The notes below the pieces were generated by a model. It searched no databases and was not told the origin of the DNA. It saw only the letters and a program-made list of their open reading frames with translations. Positions 1 to 8,382 of a stretch of 64,000 nucleotides of DNA are shown piece after piece. Source of the DNA: an uncultured Candidatus Saccharibacteria bacterium (GTDB lineage Bacteria > Patescibacteriota > Doudnabacteria > UBA920 > O2-02-FULL-48-8); assembly GCA_964605735.1 (NCBI GenBank), contig CAZSDS010000001.1, forward strand, positions 134,771 to 198,770, written 5' to 3'. Position 1 is the stretch's first letter, and every line of letters starts with the position of its first letter. Made by a program: the position numbers and the translations under genes.

Positions 1-993
1 TTGTTCCAGCCGATTTTGGAAGAGATAAGCAAGGTCGCTCCCGGCTTGGAGTTGCGATCACAGAGAATTGTGGCTGACCATATCAGGGCCAGCGTGTTTT
101 TGCTGGCTGACGGGGTTCTGCCATCAAACAAAGAGCGTGGCTACATTCTCCGCAGACTAATAAGAAGCGCGGTTGCGAATATCTGCAAAGTAGATTTGAA
201 TGTAGATTCTAAAGCAGTGGGTGTAATTGCGAATGTGGTCAGAGAGAACTACAAATCTTTCTATCCCGAACTGGACAATGACAAGCTGTATGATGATTTG
301 TCTGATGAGGTTAAGAAATTCCGCGCAACCCTGGAAAAAGGTTTGAAAATGCTTGAAGGCAAGACCACTATAACTGGAAAGGAAGCTTTTGATTTGTTCC
401 AATCATACGGCTTCCCTAAAGAACTGACCAAACAATATGTTTCTTTTGATGAAAATGAATTCGCTGAAGAATTGAAAAAGCATCAAGAGCTTTCCAGAAC
501 CGCTTCCTCAGGAATGTTCAAAGGCGGTTTGGCCTCGCACTCGGAAAAGGTGGTTAAGCTTCATACCGCAACCCACCTGCTTAACGCAGCCTTGAGGAAA
601 GTCCTCGGTCCGGAAGTTTGGCAAAAAGGCAGTAATATCACGGAAGAGCGAACCCGGTTTGACTTCACACACAATGCCAAAATGACTGATGAGCAAAAAA
701 AGGAAGTCGAGAAACTTGTTAATGAGTGGATTGCGGCAGACTACCCTGTTAAACGGGAAACAATGAGCCAGGATAAGGCCAGAGAACTTGGCGCAATCGG
801 TGTTTTCGGAGAAAAGTATGCAGACGAAGTTTCCATTTACAGCATAGTTGACCCCAAATCAAGCGAAGTCATTTCCAGGGAATTTTGCGGCGGTCCGCAC
901 GTTGAGCACACAGGCGTTATTGGTAAATTTAACATCCAGAAAGAAGAAGCTGTTTCCGCCGGTGTCAGGAGAATTAAAGCAACTATTTCTTAA
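1..993 (+). CDS. alaS: Alanyl-tRNA synthetase, C-terminal portion (5' end lies outside the window)
   Basis: ORF runs off the left edge of the window; the translation contains the AlaRS editing/AlaX-like region (HTATHLLNAALRKVLG...QKGSNI) and ends ...CGGPHV; stop TAA at 991-993. Confidence 0.85.
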   Translation: MFQPILEEISKVAPGLELRSQRIVADHIRASVFLLADGVLPSNKERGYILRRLIRSAVANICKVDLNVDSKAVGVIANVVRENYKSFYPELDNDKLYDDLSDEVKKFRATLEKGLKMLEGKTTITGKEAFDLFQSYGFPKELTKQYVSFDENEFAEELKKHQELSRTASSGMFKGGLASHSEKVVKLHTATHLLNAALRKVLGPEVWQKGSNITEERTRFDFTHNAKMTDEQKKEVEKLVNEWIAADYPVKRETMSQDKARELGAIGVFGEKYADEVSIYSIVDPKSSEVISREFCGGPHVEHTGVIGKFNIQKEEAVSAGVRRIKATIS

Positions 994-1006
994 GGTGCAA
1001 TCAAGC

Positions 1007-1324
1007 ATGAGAAACCCAGAACGTGAGCCTGTGAATATATATCAAGTCAGGCTTGCGCCCGGCTGTTCTGAAGAAGATGTCTTCCGCGCCCTATCGGACG
1101 GTGCCCAGGTAGGTTTTCTGGTCACAAGTAATTTTGATATATTTATATCAGTTAGAGATCTGCATATCACGCTTAAGAAAAAACTTGGATTAGACAATGA
1201 TGAGGTTGCGGCTGAAGGCAGAATGGAGTTGAATCGCGCGAATAAACTCAATTACCTATACTATCATAATAACGGCCCTGATGAGCCGATAAACAGTGCG
1301 CTTGAAGAAAAATTTAAATTTTAG
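1007..1324 (+). CDS. hypothetical protein (106 aa)
   Basis: ATG at 1007 in the same frame as the listed 848..1324 ORF; lies just after the alaS stop; no recognised motif. Confidence 0.35.
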   Translation: MRNPEREPVNIYQVRLAPGCSEEDVFRALSDGAQVGFLVTSNFDIFISVRDLHITLKKKLGLDNDEVAAEGRMELNRANKLNYLYYHNNGPDEPINSALEEKFKF

Positions 1325-1336
1325 AAATAAAAAACC

Positions 1337-2128
1337 ATGATTGATTTAGAACTGGTCTCTGGTTTGCCGATTACCCTAGGAGAGGATAACAAAATCAAGT
1401 TTAACCAGCCCTTAGACGAGGTTAAACCCTCCGTGCGCATGTACAGCGAGATGAAAGATGTATTTATGGACCAGGATGCTGAACCGCCGTTCCAGGAAAT
1501 GTATTACATGTACCGCGATGTTTGTTTCCAGGAACATCGCGAGGCGCTTAAAACTGCCGGAGTCACGTATGACATCACAGTTTTGCCTGCAGGAAAAATA
1601 GGAAAAGAATACAACAAAACCGTAGGGCATTACCATGCCGTGAAGCCAGGCACGCAAATTGCATATCCTGAAGCCTATGAGGTCCTGCACGGACATGCGT
1701 TGTTCCTCCTGCAAAAGATGGATCCCTTGTTCCAGGACTTGGTAACCGTCATTGCCATTGAAGCCAAAGCCGGTGACAAGGTTGTTTATCCGCCAAATTA
1801 CGGACACATTATTGTAAACATTGGAAGAGAGACGCTGGTGACCAGTAATTTTGTCGGCGACAAATTTGAAAGAATGTACAAACAGGTTTCTGACCGCAAA
1901 GGTATGGCGTATTATGTTGTTGAAAAGGACAATAAATTCGTATTCGAAAAAAACAACCGGTATGAAAATCATCCGGAAGTGCGAATGATTACAGACCAGT
2001 TCATGCAAAGTTTCACCTTAATGGGCAACAAGCCTATGTACACCATCGGCGCAAACAATCCTAAGGCTTTGGAATTCTTGAATAATCCTGACAAATATGC
2101 CGTGGAATTGTCGAGCATCACTTCATAA
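1337..2128 (+). CDS. pgiA: cupin-type (archaeal-type) glucose-6-phosphate isomerase
   Basis: Carries the cupin PGI signature motifs TVLPAGKIGKEYNKTVGHYH...EAYEV (TX3PX3GXE...GHXH...EXY) and YPPNYGHIIVN (PPX3HX3N); about 260 aa is typical for cPGI. Confidence 0.75.
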   Translation: MIDLELVSGLPITLGEDNKIKFNQPLDEVKPSVRMYSEMKDVFMDQDAEPPFQEMYYMYRDVCFQEHREALKTAGVTYDITVLPAGKIGKEYNKTVGHYHAVKPGTQIAYPEAYEVLHGHALFLLQKMDPLFQDLVTVIAIEAKAGDKVVYPPNYGHIIVNIGRETLVTSNFVGDKFERMYKQVSDRKGMAYYVVEKDNKFVFEKNNRYENHPEVRMITDQFMQSFTLMGNKPMYTIGANNPKALEFLNNPDKYAVELSSITS

Positions 2129-2183
2129 GGGCGTAACAAGATAGCTTGGTGTTGCGATTAAATATTGCTAGAATAAAGGCACA

Positions 2184-3809
2184 ATGGCGAAAGTCGTAAA
2201 GCTGAATAAAAACGACCAATTGGTCGATATAATCAAAAAAATCAAGAGCCTCAAGGGAGATGAGGTGGTTTTCGAATTGCCGGTTGGCTCAGCCGTTTTC
2301 AAGAACCCGCACAACTTAAGCCTGATAAAAAAGAGCGCCGCGGCAATGGGGATAAATTTGATCATCAGGACTGAAGACAAGAACGGACTGTCTTTGGCGG
2401 CAAAAGCAGGATTGTTGATTGACGACGGCAGTGAGCCTGTGAAGCCCAAGATTAGAAGCGTAAAAACCACCAAGAAAGTCAGGTTTGCCGACATAGGCGC
2501 CCAGACAATGCCTCGCGCCACCGGTTCGGTTCCGGTTATGGCTAGCGCAAAAAAAACAGGTTCAGTCAAAGTTCACTCAGAGGATTTGGGGATCGGAAAC
2601 GCGGGTTCAATTAAAAAGAAATTGCCAAGAATCAGCAGCACTTTTTCAAGAGTGTTTGTACTTAGCGTCTTTGTCCTGGTTTTGGCTGTTTTTGGACTTG
2701 CGGTTTTATTGCCGCAGGCGCGAATAACTGTGTATGCCAGGTCAGAGCCTGTGACCCGCGATATTGAGGTTTCAATTGATAAAAATATTCGAACAATAAA
2801 CAGCACGAATCTTACCATCCCAGCAGAACCAATCAGCAAAGAAATTTCACATACCAAAAATTTTCCGGCTACCGGCGTGAAGCTGGACGGCACCAAGGCA
2901 ACAGGTAATATCCAGTTGTACAACTTTACCAAAAACACATTGACTTTGCGCGCGGCAACCACCACCTTGATTGTTGACGGGAAGCGTTACTCATTTGCGC
3001 GGGATGTTACGGGGTTAAGGCCAACTGCCAGAATTGGGGTGGGGAGCGAACAGGAAATTGACGAGTCCAGTTTAATTGCACCTGTGCCGATTGTTGCCCA
3101 GGATATCGGGGCGAACTTCAATATTGGAACTAATGTCCGACTTGAAGTGCAGAACGCGGCCTTGGGACAAGCTGATGTTTATGCAGTGACGCAGGGGCCA
3201 ATCAGCGGCGGCACTTCGACTGAAACGAAAATACTTTCCCAGCAGGATATTGATAATGCAACAACAGCGATGCAGGCTGAGCTGGCTGGCTTGGTTGAAG
3301 CTGAGCTGAAAGGTTCAGTGTCAGGAAATGATCTTAAAATTATGCCAAATGCAGTGACTAGTGAAATTTTGGCAAAGACTGCGAACAAAGAAGTGGGTGT
3401 GGCCACCGAGAATTTTGACATGACCATTATTGCCAGAGTCACAGGTTTGGGATTCAAGGAACAGGATGTTAAAACTTTGGTGTTGGAAAAGATAAATTCT
3501 GTGTTGTCTGAGGATAAATATTTGCCGGAAGACGGCAAGCAGGAACTGACTGTAAACCTCAAATCAGTTGATCTGAACGGGGGGTCAGGGGTACTGGCCG
3601 TGCACTTTGAAACTGTGGCGGCTTACAGGGTCGAGAATACAAATTTGTCGAAAATCCTGGCAGGCAAGAGCGCGCTGGAGATAAAAGAAATTTTGCTGAC
3701 CAAACCGGAGATTGACAGGGTGGATGTAAGATTCTCGCCATTCTTTGTAAACAAAGCTCCGCGATTCAACGGTAAGATTTATATAGAAACAATCGAATCA
3801 CAAAGTTAA
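2184..3809 (+). CDS. hypothetical membrane-anchored protein (541 aa, one internal TM helix)
   Basis: Long ORF with a hydrophobic segment VFVLSVFVLVLAVFGLAVLL; no recognisable catalytic motif. Confidence 0.5.
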   Translation: MAKVVKLNKNDQLVDIIKKIKSLKGDEVVFELPVGSAVFKNPHNLSLIKKSAAAMGINLIIRTEDKNGLSLAAKAGLLIDDGSEPVKPKIRSVKTTKKVRFADIGAQTMPRATGSVPVMASAKKTGSVKVHSEDLGIGNAGSIKKKLPRISSTFSRVFVLSVFVLVLAVFGLAVLLPQARITVYARSEPVTRDIEVSIDKNIRTINSTNLTIPAEPISKEISHTKNFPATGVKLDGTKATGNIQLYNFTKNTLTLRAATTTLIVDGKRYSFARDVTGLRPTARIGVGSEQEIDESSLIAPVPIVAQDIGANFNIGTNVRLEVQNAALGQADVYAVTQGPISGGTSTETKILSQQDIDNATTAMQAELAGLVEAELKGSVSGNDLKIMPNAVTSEILAKTANKEVGVATENFDMTIIARVTGLGFKEQDVKTLVLEKINSVLSEDKYLPEDGKQELTVNLKSVDLNGGSGVLAVHFETVAAYRVENTNLSKILAGKSALEIKEILLTKPEIDRVDVRFSPFFVNKAPRFNGKIYIETIESQS

Positions 3810-3812
3810 AAA

Positions 3813-3885
3813 ATAAAAAAACCGTCTGGCGTGCTAGGCGGTTCTTGCTAAAAAGAAAGAGCCCTGGTACTGAGACTGGGCTTTC
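3813..3885. terminator. two consecutive hairpins followed by T-runs; the second (3853-3885) would serve as a terminator in either orientation
   Basis: aaccgtctggcgtgctaggcggtt is followed by cttgc; agaaagagccc-tggtactgagac-gggctttctt is flanked by A-runs and T-runs on both strands. Confidence 0.55.
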
Positions 3886-3894
3886 TTGTTGTAA

Positions 3895-4460
3895 ACACCT
3901 CCTTGGTGTTGGGTGGCGGCGCTGCTGCAGCAGCGCCGCCTGACGAACGAAGAAGCGAAGGAAACGAAGAAGCGAAGGAACACGGGTCCTGGTGAGCCAC
4001 TTTATGCAGCCACACCAGGGCCCAACTTGCTAAAAACCGGCTTGGTTCATCTTTGGGACTCTTCCAGTGCGAGGAAGAGAGATTCGCCGGCTTATACGAG
4101 TTCTGCATCTCGCTGTTTCCCGGAGAAACAGCTTCAAGGTTGTCCCTCACAGCCCAGAGAACTCTTTTTTCTTTTCTTATATCAAAACAAGGATGCTCTT
4201 GTATGATTGCTGCCGCCATACTTGTTAGCGTTCAAGGGAGTTGCAGCATTTATCAGTGCAATTAGATCTGCTCACCGGGGCTACAGATCGACAAACTTAG
4301 GGTTCGCACACCCCAAATCAGAAATTACACCAATACCCTACGGTTGAACTTGTAAAAAAACTACTACCAAAACAGTAGGTGTATTCTATCAGATTTTGGT
4401 AATTTGTCAATACATGAGACATAAAAATGGCTTAAATAAGCCGTTTTCCCGGAATACTTA
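3895..4460. other. GC-rich, highly structured non-coding block (candidate ncRNA, class unassigned)
   Basis: GC content is much higher than the flanks; a 24-nt perfect palindrome GCGGCGCTGCTGCAGCAGCGCCGC (3914-3937); a 17-nt tandem duplicate ACGAAGAAGCGAAGGAA x2 (3946-3979); an 11-bp imperfect hairpin gggtcctggtg/caccagggccc; a GGGGCTACAGATCGAC...GGGTTCGCACACCCC segment at 4276-4315; a hairpin plus T-run at 4427-4450. There is no credible SD-led ORF. Confidence 0.4.
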
Positions 4461-4477
4461 GCTCTTTCCTAGGGAAT

Positions 4478-4506
4478 TTGACATTTTGGGCTTTCTTTGT
4501 TATTAT
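4478..4506 (+). promoter_or_regulatory. sigma70-type promoter of the infA-rpmJ-rpsM operon
   Basis: TTGACA (4478-4483), 17-nt spacer, TATTAT (4501-4506); leaves a 5' UTR of about 140 nt before infA. Confidence 0.6.
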
Positions 4507-4653
4507 CCTTAAGCATTTCACCCCCGATTTCGGTCGGGTCGACCCTACAAGTATCTAACTGAATCTGCCTTAAACAAGCTGGTTCTGGGGTCAAAAAGTT
4601 AGTATTCGTAAACTTTTACTCATATTTCTGCATCGCAAGACTTAGGGAAGTCT

Positions 4654-4872
4654 ATCCCACAAAAGAATACAATCGAACTTGAGGGCATTGTCGAAGAGAC
4701 TTTGCCTAGTGCTGTTTTTCGTGTCCGTTTGGAAGGTGGTCAAACCATCCTTGCCCATCTGGCCGGGAAAATGCGCGTTCATAAAATTCGTATTTTGGAA
4801 GGCGACAGGGTCATTGTGGAGGTAACTCCATATGATCTTACCCGCGGTCGTGTAATCAGACGATTGAAGTAG
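4654..4872 (+). CDS. infA: translation initiation factor IF-1, with a non-canonical start (ATC at 4654, or alternatively ATT at 4624)
   Basis: The conceptual translation (I)[71 protein letters not shown] aligns along its whole length to bacterial IF-1 (72 aa). The frame has an upstream TAA at 4615-4617 and contains no ATG/GTG/TTG before Leu 13. Stop TAG at 4870-4872. It is absent from the supplied ORF track for this reason. Confidence 0.75.
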   Translation: MPQKNTIELEGIVEETLPSAVFRVRLEGGQTILAHLAGKMRVHKIRILEGDRVIVEVTPYDLTRGRVIRRLK

Positions 4873-5047
4873 AAGCGTACGAAGGTTTTGAAGTTTTGAG
4901 AAAATGAACTAAAGACCGCGAAGCGATCTGACTGGCGAAGGACATCGGAGGCTGCATCAGCGGCCGTACCCGCAGACGGACAAACCGCGCCGCCGATAAT
5001 CGCGAGCGAAGCTATGGTTCAATTTGAACAATAATCAAGGGATAACC

Positions 5048-5161
5048 ATGAAGGTAAGAGCATCAGTAAAACCTATTTGCAAAAAGTGCAAAGTCGTGAA
5101 AAGACGCGGCCGCATTTTCATCATTTGCGAAAACCCTAAGCACAAGCAAAGACAAGGATAA
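5048..5161 (+). CDS. rpmJ: 50S ribosomal protein L36
   Basis: [37 protein letters not shown]; the SD-like sequence aaggga lies upstream; it sits between infA and rpsM as in the conserved operon. Confidence 0.9.
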   Translation: MKVRASVKPICKKCKVVKRRGRIFIICENPKHKQRQG

Positions 5162-5163
5162 TT

Positions 5164-5559
5164 ATGGCATTAGTACGTATTTCAGGCGTAAGCCTCCCAC
5201 AACAGAAAAGAATCGAAGCCGCTTTGCCGTATATCTTTGGCATTGGTTGGCCATTGTCAAAAAAGATTCTGACAGACGTCAAAGTTGACCCAAACAAGAG
5301 AACTTCCGAATTGACTGAAGCAGAGGTTGCAAGAATTCGTGAATACATCGAAAAGAATTACTCTGTGGAAGGACAACTCAGACAGACAATCGCCACTAAC
5401 ATTAAGCTGAAGAAGGAAATTGGCAGTTTCCAGGGTCTCCGCCACATCAAAGGACTTCCGGTCCGTGGCCAGAGAACCAAGACCAATAACCGCACCCGCC
5501 GAGGCAACGTTCGTAAGACTGCCGGATCAGGCCGTGCAAAAGCAGCTGAGAAGACATAA
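5164..5559 (+). CDS. rpsM: 30S ribosomal protein S13
   Basis: MALVRISGV...KGLPVRGQRTKTNNRTRRG is the S13 signature; operon context. Confidence 0.95.
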   Translation: MALVRISGVSLPQQKRIEAALPYIFGIGWPLSKKILTDVKVDPNKRTSELTEAEVARIREYIEKNYSVEGQLRQTIATNIKLKKEIGSFQGLRHIKGLPVRGQRTKTNNRTRRGNVRKTAGSGRAKAAEKT

Positions 5560-5571
5560 TCTAAGGAATTT

Positions 5572-6006
5572 ATGGCAGACACTACTACAATTGAAGAACC
5601 AAAGGTTGCGGCTACCGCCCCGGCTCCGGCAACTTCCAAGAGGAAGAAGTCAAAAGTCAAAGTGGCCCGCGGCCGAATCTACATCCAGTCTACCTATAAC
5701 AACACCATTATCACCGTCACCGATATGACCGGAAACGTGATTGGGTGGGGTTCGTCAGGCAGGACCGGATTCAAAGGTTCTAAGAAATCCACTCCATACG
5801 CCGCGCAGAGAACCATGGAAGACACGATTGCCCGCGTAAAGGACACTGGATTGAATGAAGTCGACGTATTCGTTAAAGGAATCGGCTCCGGACGTGAATC
5901 AGCTATCCGCGCATTGCAGGGCAGCGGCTTCACAATCTTATCCATTAAAGATAAGACTCCGATCCCGCACGGCGGCGTCCGACCTAAGAAAGCAAGGAGA
6001 GTATAA
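5572..6006 (+). CDS. rpsK: 30S ribosomal protein S11
   Basis: IYIQSTYNNTIITVTD...GSGRESAIRAL is the S11 signature. Confidence 0.95.
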   Translation: MADTTTIEEPKVAATAPAPATSKRKKSKVKVARGRIYIQSTYNNTIITVTDMTGNVIGWGSSGRTGFKGSKKSTPYAAQRTMEDTIARVKDTGLNEVDVFVKGIGSGRESAIRALQGSGFTILSIKDKTPIPHGGVRPKKARRV

Positions 6007-6620
6007 TGGCTAGACACATTGGACCAAAAGTAAAACCGTCCCGCCGGTTCGGCGAGGCGCTCACGCCCAAAGCTGAAAAGTATTTGGCAAAGCGCAATTA
6101 CCGCCCTGGCCAGCACGGTCAGAACCCTCTGAGATCTTCGGAATACGGACTCCAGCTGAGAGAAAAGCAGAAGGCAAAAATCATTTATGGCGTGATGGAA
6201 AAACAATTCCGTCGCTACTATGAAAAAGCCACCAAAAAAGTTGGAGTTACCGGCGACGCATTACTGCAGTTGCTGGAGATGAGGCTTGATAACATTGTTT
6301 TCCGACTCGGTTTGGCAACAACCCGCGCCCAGGCAAGACAATTGGTCTCTCACGGATTTTTCGAGATCAACGGAAAGAAAGTGAATATTCCTTCTTATGA
6401 AGTTAAAGTCGGAGATCAGATCAAGGTCCGAGACTCAAAGAAAAAATCAGGCTATATGGCTAATCTCGCTCAAGTGCTGGCAAAAGGCCAGAACAACACT
6501 CCGGAATGGGTTAGTCTGGACGCCAAGGAACTTGCAGGCAAAGTCTTGTCCGTTCCAACCGCCGAACAGCTCGATCACAAGTTGAACACCCAGCTGATCG
6601 TCGAACACTACTCAAGGTAA
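6006..6620 (+). CDS. rpsD: 30S ribosomal protein S4
   Basis: MARHIGPKVKPSRRFG...RLDNIVFRLGLATTRAQARQLVSHG is the S4 signature. Confidence 0.95.
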   Translation: MARHIGPKVKPSRRFGEALTPKAEKYLAKRNYRPGQHGQNPLRSSEYGLQLREKQKAKIIYGVMEKQFRRYYEKATKKVGVTGDALLQLLEMRLDNIVFRLGLATTRAQARQLVSHGFFEINGKKVNIPSYEVKVGDQIKVRDSKKKSGYMANLAQVLAKGQNNTPEWVSLDAKELAGKVLSVPTAEQLDHKLNTQLIVEHYSR

Positions 6621-6668
6621 TCAATAATTATGGGCTGATCAAAGGCCCAGAAAACATCGTTCAAACAT

Positions 6669-7598
6669 ATGGAAAACATCCCACTCCCTAATAAAGTTTC
6701 TTTTGAAGAACTTGGGAACAATAAGTATCAGGTTGTCATGGAGCCTCTTTACCCAGGCTATGGCGTGACAATTGGAAACAGCTTGCGCCGCATTCTGCTT
6801 TCATCATTGCCTGGTGCAGCAGTAACCGCTGTCCGCATCAAGGGTGTGGATCATGAATTTTCAACCGTTCCTAACGTCAAAGAAGATGTTATCGAGATCA
6901 TCCTCAACCTCAAGCAAATGCGCATGAAAGTTCACACTGACCAGCCAGTGACTTTGGAATGCAAAGTTAAAGGCGAAAAGTCCGTGACCGCAGGTGATTT
7001 CAAAGGCAATTCAGACGTGGAGATCGTGAACCCAGATTTGCACATTGCAACTCTGGACAACAAGAATGCAGATTTTGACATGGAAGTTGTGGTTCAGGCC
7101 GGCCGAGGATATGTACCGGTAGAGCAGAGAGAAAATGAAAAACTGGAAATCGGCATGATTGCAGTTGATGCAATTTACACCCCGGTTAAGACCGTAAACT
7201 TTGAAGTCAAAAACGTCCGCGTTGGCCAAATTACCAACTTTGACCAGCTGACCATGACTTTGGAAACTGATGGGACAATCGACGGTAAAGATGCTATCGA
7301 CCAGTCAGCAAAGATTTTGCTGGATCACTTCAGCATGTTCACCAAGTCCTCAATGGAAGCTGAAGCGCCAGCTCCTGCTTTGAACGCAGCTGCTGAGGAA
7401 GGCATTAGAATCACTGAGGAAGATGATTTGAAGTCATTGGGGCTTTCAAACCGTTCATACAATGCTTTGATCAAGAACAACATCACCAGAATCTCTGATC
7501 TGCAGAAGATGACCCACGAAGATTTGCTGGGCGTGGAAGGTTTGGGGGACAAATCAATTGAAGAAATTGAACGATTAATCAGCACATACAATCAATAA
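6669..7598 (+). CDS. rpoA: DNA-directed RNA polymerase alpha subunit
   Basis: Has the N-terminal dimerisation region and the C-terminal domain (LGLSNRSYNALIKNNITRISDL) of RpoA. Confidence 0.95.
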   Translation: MENIPLPNKVSFEELGNNKYQVVMEPLYPGYGVTIGNSLRRILLSSLPGAAVTAVRIKGVDHEFSTVPNVKEDVIEIILNLKQMRMKVHTDQPVTLECKVKGEKSVTAGDFKGNSDVEIVNPDLHIATLDNKNADFDMEVVVQAGRGYVPVEQRENEKLEIGMIAVDAIYTPVKTVNFEVKNVRVGQITNFDQLTMTLETDGTIDGKDAIDQSAKILLDHFSMFTKSSMEAEAPAPALNAAAEEGIRITEEDDLKSLGLSNRSYNALIKNNITRISDLQKMTHEDLLGVEGLGDKSIEEIERLISTYNQ

Positions 7599-7616
7599 TC
7601 CGAACTTATTAGTAAT

Positions 7617-7958
7617 ATGAGACACTTAAAGAAGAAGAAAATCGGCTCCGGAAAAGATCACGCCAGAAAACTGGTCCGCAGCATTGCTGCAGCCGCAATC
7701 GTCTACGAGAAGATTCAGACCACTGAAGCTCGTGCCAAGATTGCCCGCCAGTTGGTTGAGCGCATGATCACCAAAGGAAAAAAGGACGACTTGCACAACA
7801 AGCGCCAGATTTTCTCTGCCCTCCCAAACAACGCTGCCCGCAAGGTCATCGAAGTCCTGGGTCCGCGCTACAAAGAACGCGCCGGCGGTTACACCCGCAT
7901 TGTGCGTTTGGGCAACAGCAAGGACGGCATGCCGAAGGTTCAGTTGGAATTAGTATAG
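7617..7958 (+). CDS. rplQ: 50S ribosomal protein L17
   Basis: MRHLKKKKIGSGKDHARKLVR...GGYTRIV is the L17 signature. Confidence 0.95.
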   Translation: MRHLKKKKIGSGKDHARKLVRSIAAAAIVYEKIQTTEARAKIARQLVERMITKGKKDDLHNKRQIFSALPNNAARKVIEVLGPRYKERAGGYTRIVRLGNSKDGMPKVQLELV

Positions 7959-7962
7959 TTTT

Positions 7963-8382
7963 ATGAAGACATTTTTACCTAAAGTTAAAGAGGTCAAGCG
8001 CGCCTGGTATGAAGTAGATGCCAGCAAGTTTACACTTGGACGCTTGGCTACCAGAGTGGCTACTGTCTTGCGCGGCAAGCACAAAGCAACCTTTACTCCT
8101 CACATGGATGTTGGTGATTTTGTGGTTGTGAAGAACGCTGCAAAGGTTAAGTTTACCGGAAGAAAGCTGGATCAGAAGATCTATTACCGAAACACTGGTT
8201 ATCCAGGCGGTATCAGAACCAAGTCTTTGGCAGAGCGAATGGAAAAAGAACCTGAAAAGGTGATCCGGGACGCGGTTTATAACATGGTTGACGCCAACAG
8301 ATTGAGAAAAGGTATTTTGCGCAGGCTTAAGGTCGTGGCCGGCGATAAGCATGAATTTCCCACAGAAAAGGAGATCAAGTAA
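7963..8382 (+). CDS. rplM: 50S ribosomal protein L13
   Basis: MKTFLPKVKEVKRAWYEVDA...HMDVGDFVVVKNA is the L13 signature. Confidence 0.95.
   Translation: MKTFLPKVKEVKRAWYEVDASKFTLGRLATRVATVLRGKHKATFTPHMDVGDFVVVKNAAKVKFTGRKLDQKIYYRNTGYPGGIRTKSLAERMEKEPEKVIRDAVYNMVDANRLRKGILRRLKVVAGDKHEFPTEKEIK

Noticed and set aside
848-1006. N-terminal extension of the 158-aa ORF overlapping the alaS 3' end
   Set aside because: It overlaps alaS in another frame; the ATG at 1007 just after the alaS stop is the more parsimonious start.
3945-3990. SRP RNA helix-8 motif (GGAAGGAAGCAGC) in the GAAGCGAAGGAA tandem repeat
   Set aside because: It lacks the conserved AGGUCCGGAAGGAAGCAGCC context and a GNRA-capped symmetric-loop geometry; only a loose purine-rich similarity.
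3850-4270. tmRNA on the minus strand (minus-strand GCT GCA TAA looks like a tag ending …GPGVAA*)
   Set aside because: The frame is only 14 codons after a TGA, with no GGGG 5' end, no T-arm and no CCACCA 3' end in the right geometry. The resemblance is probably coincidental.
4270-4660. One-piece tmRNA (ssrA) starting at GGGGCTACAGATCGAC… on the plus strand
   Set aside because: No complementary 3' acceptor strand (UAGCCCC) plus CCA could be found downstream, the candidate T-loop has the wrong size, and no tag reading frame ending in …AA-stop of plausible length is present. The only 'GCU UAA' lies in a 5-codon frame.
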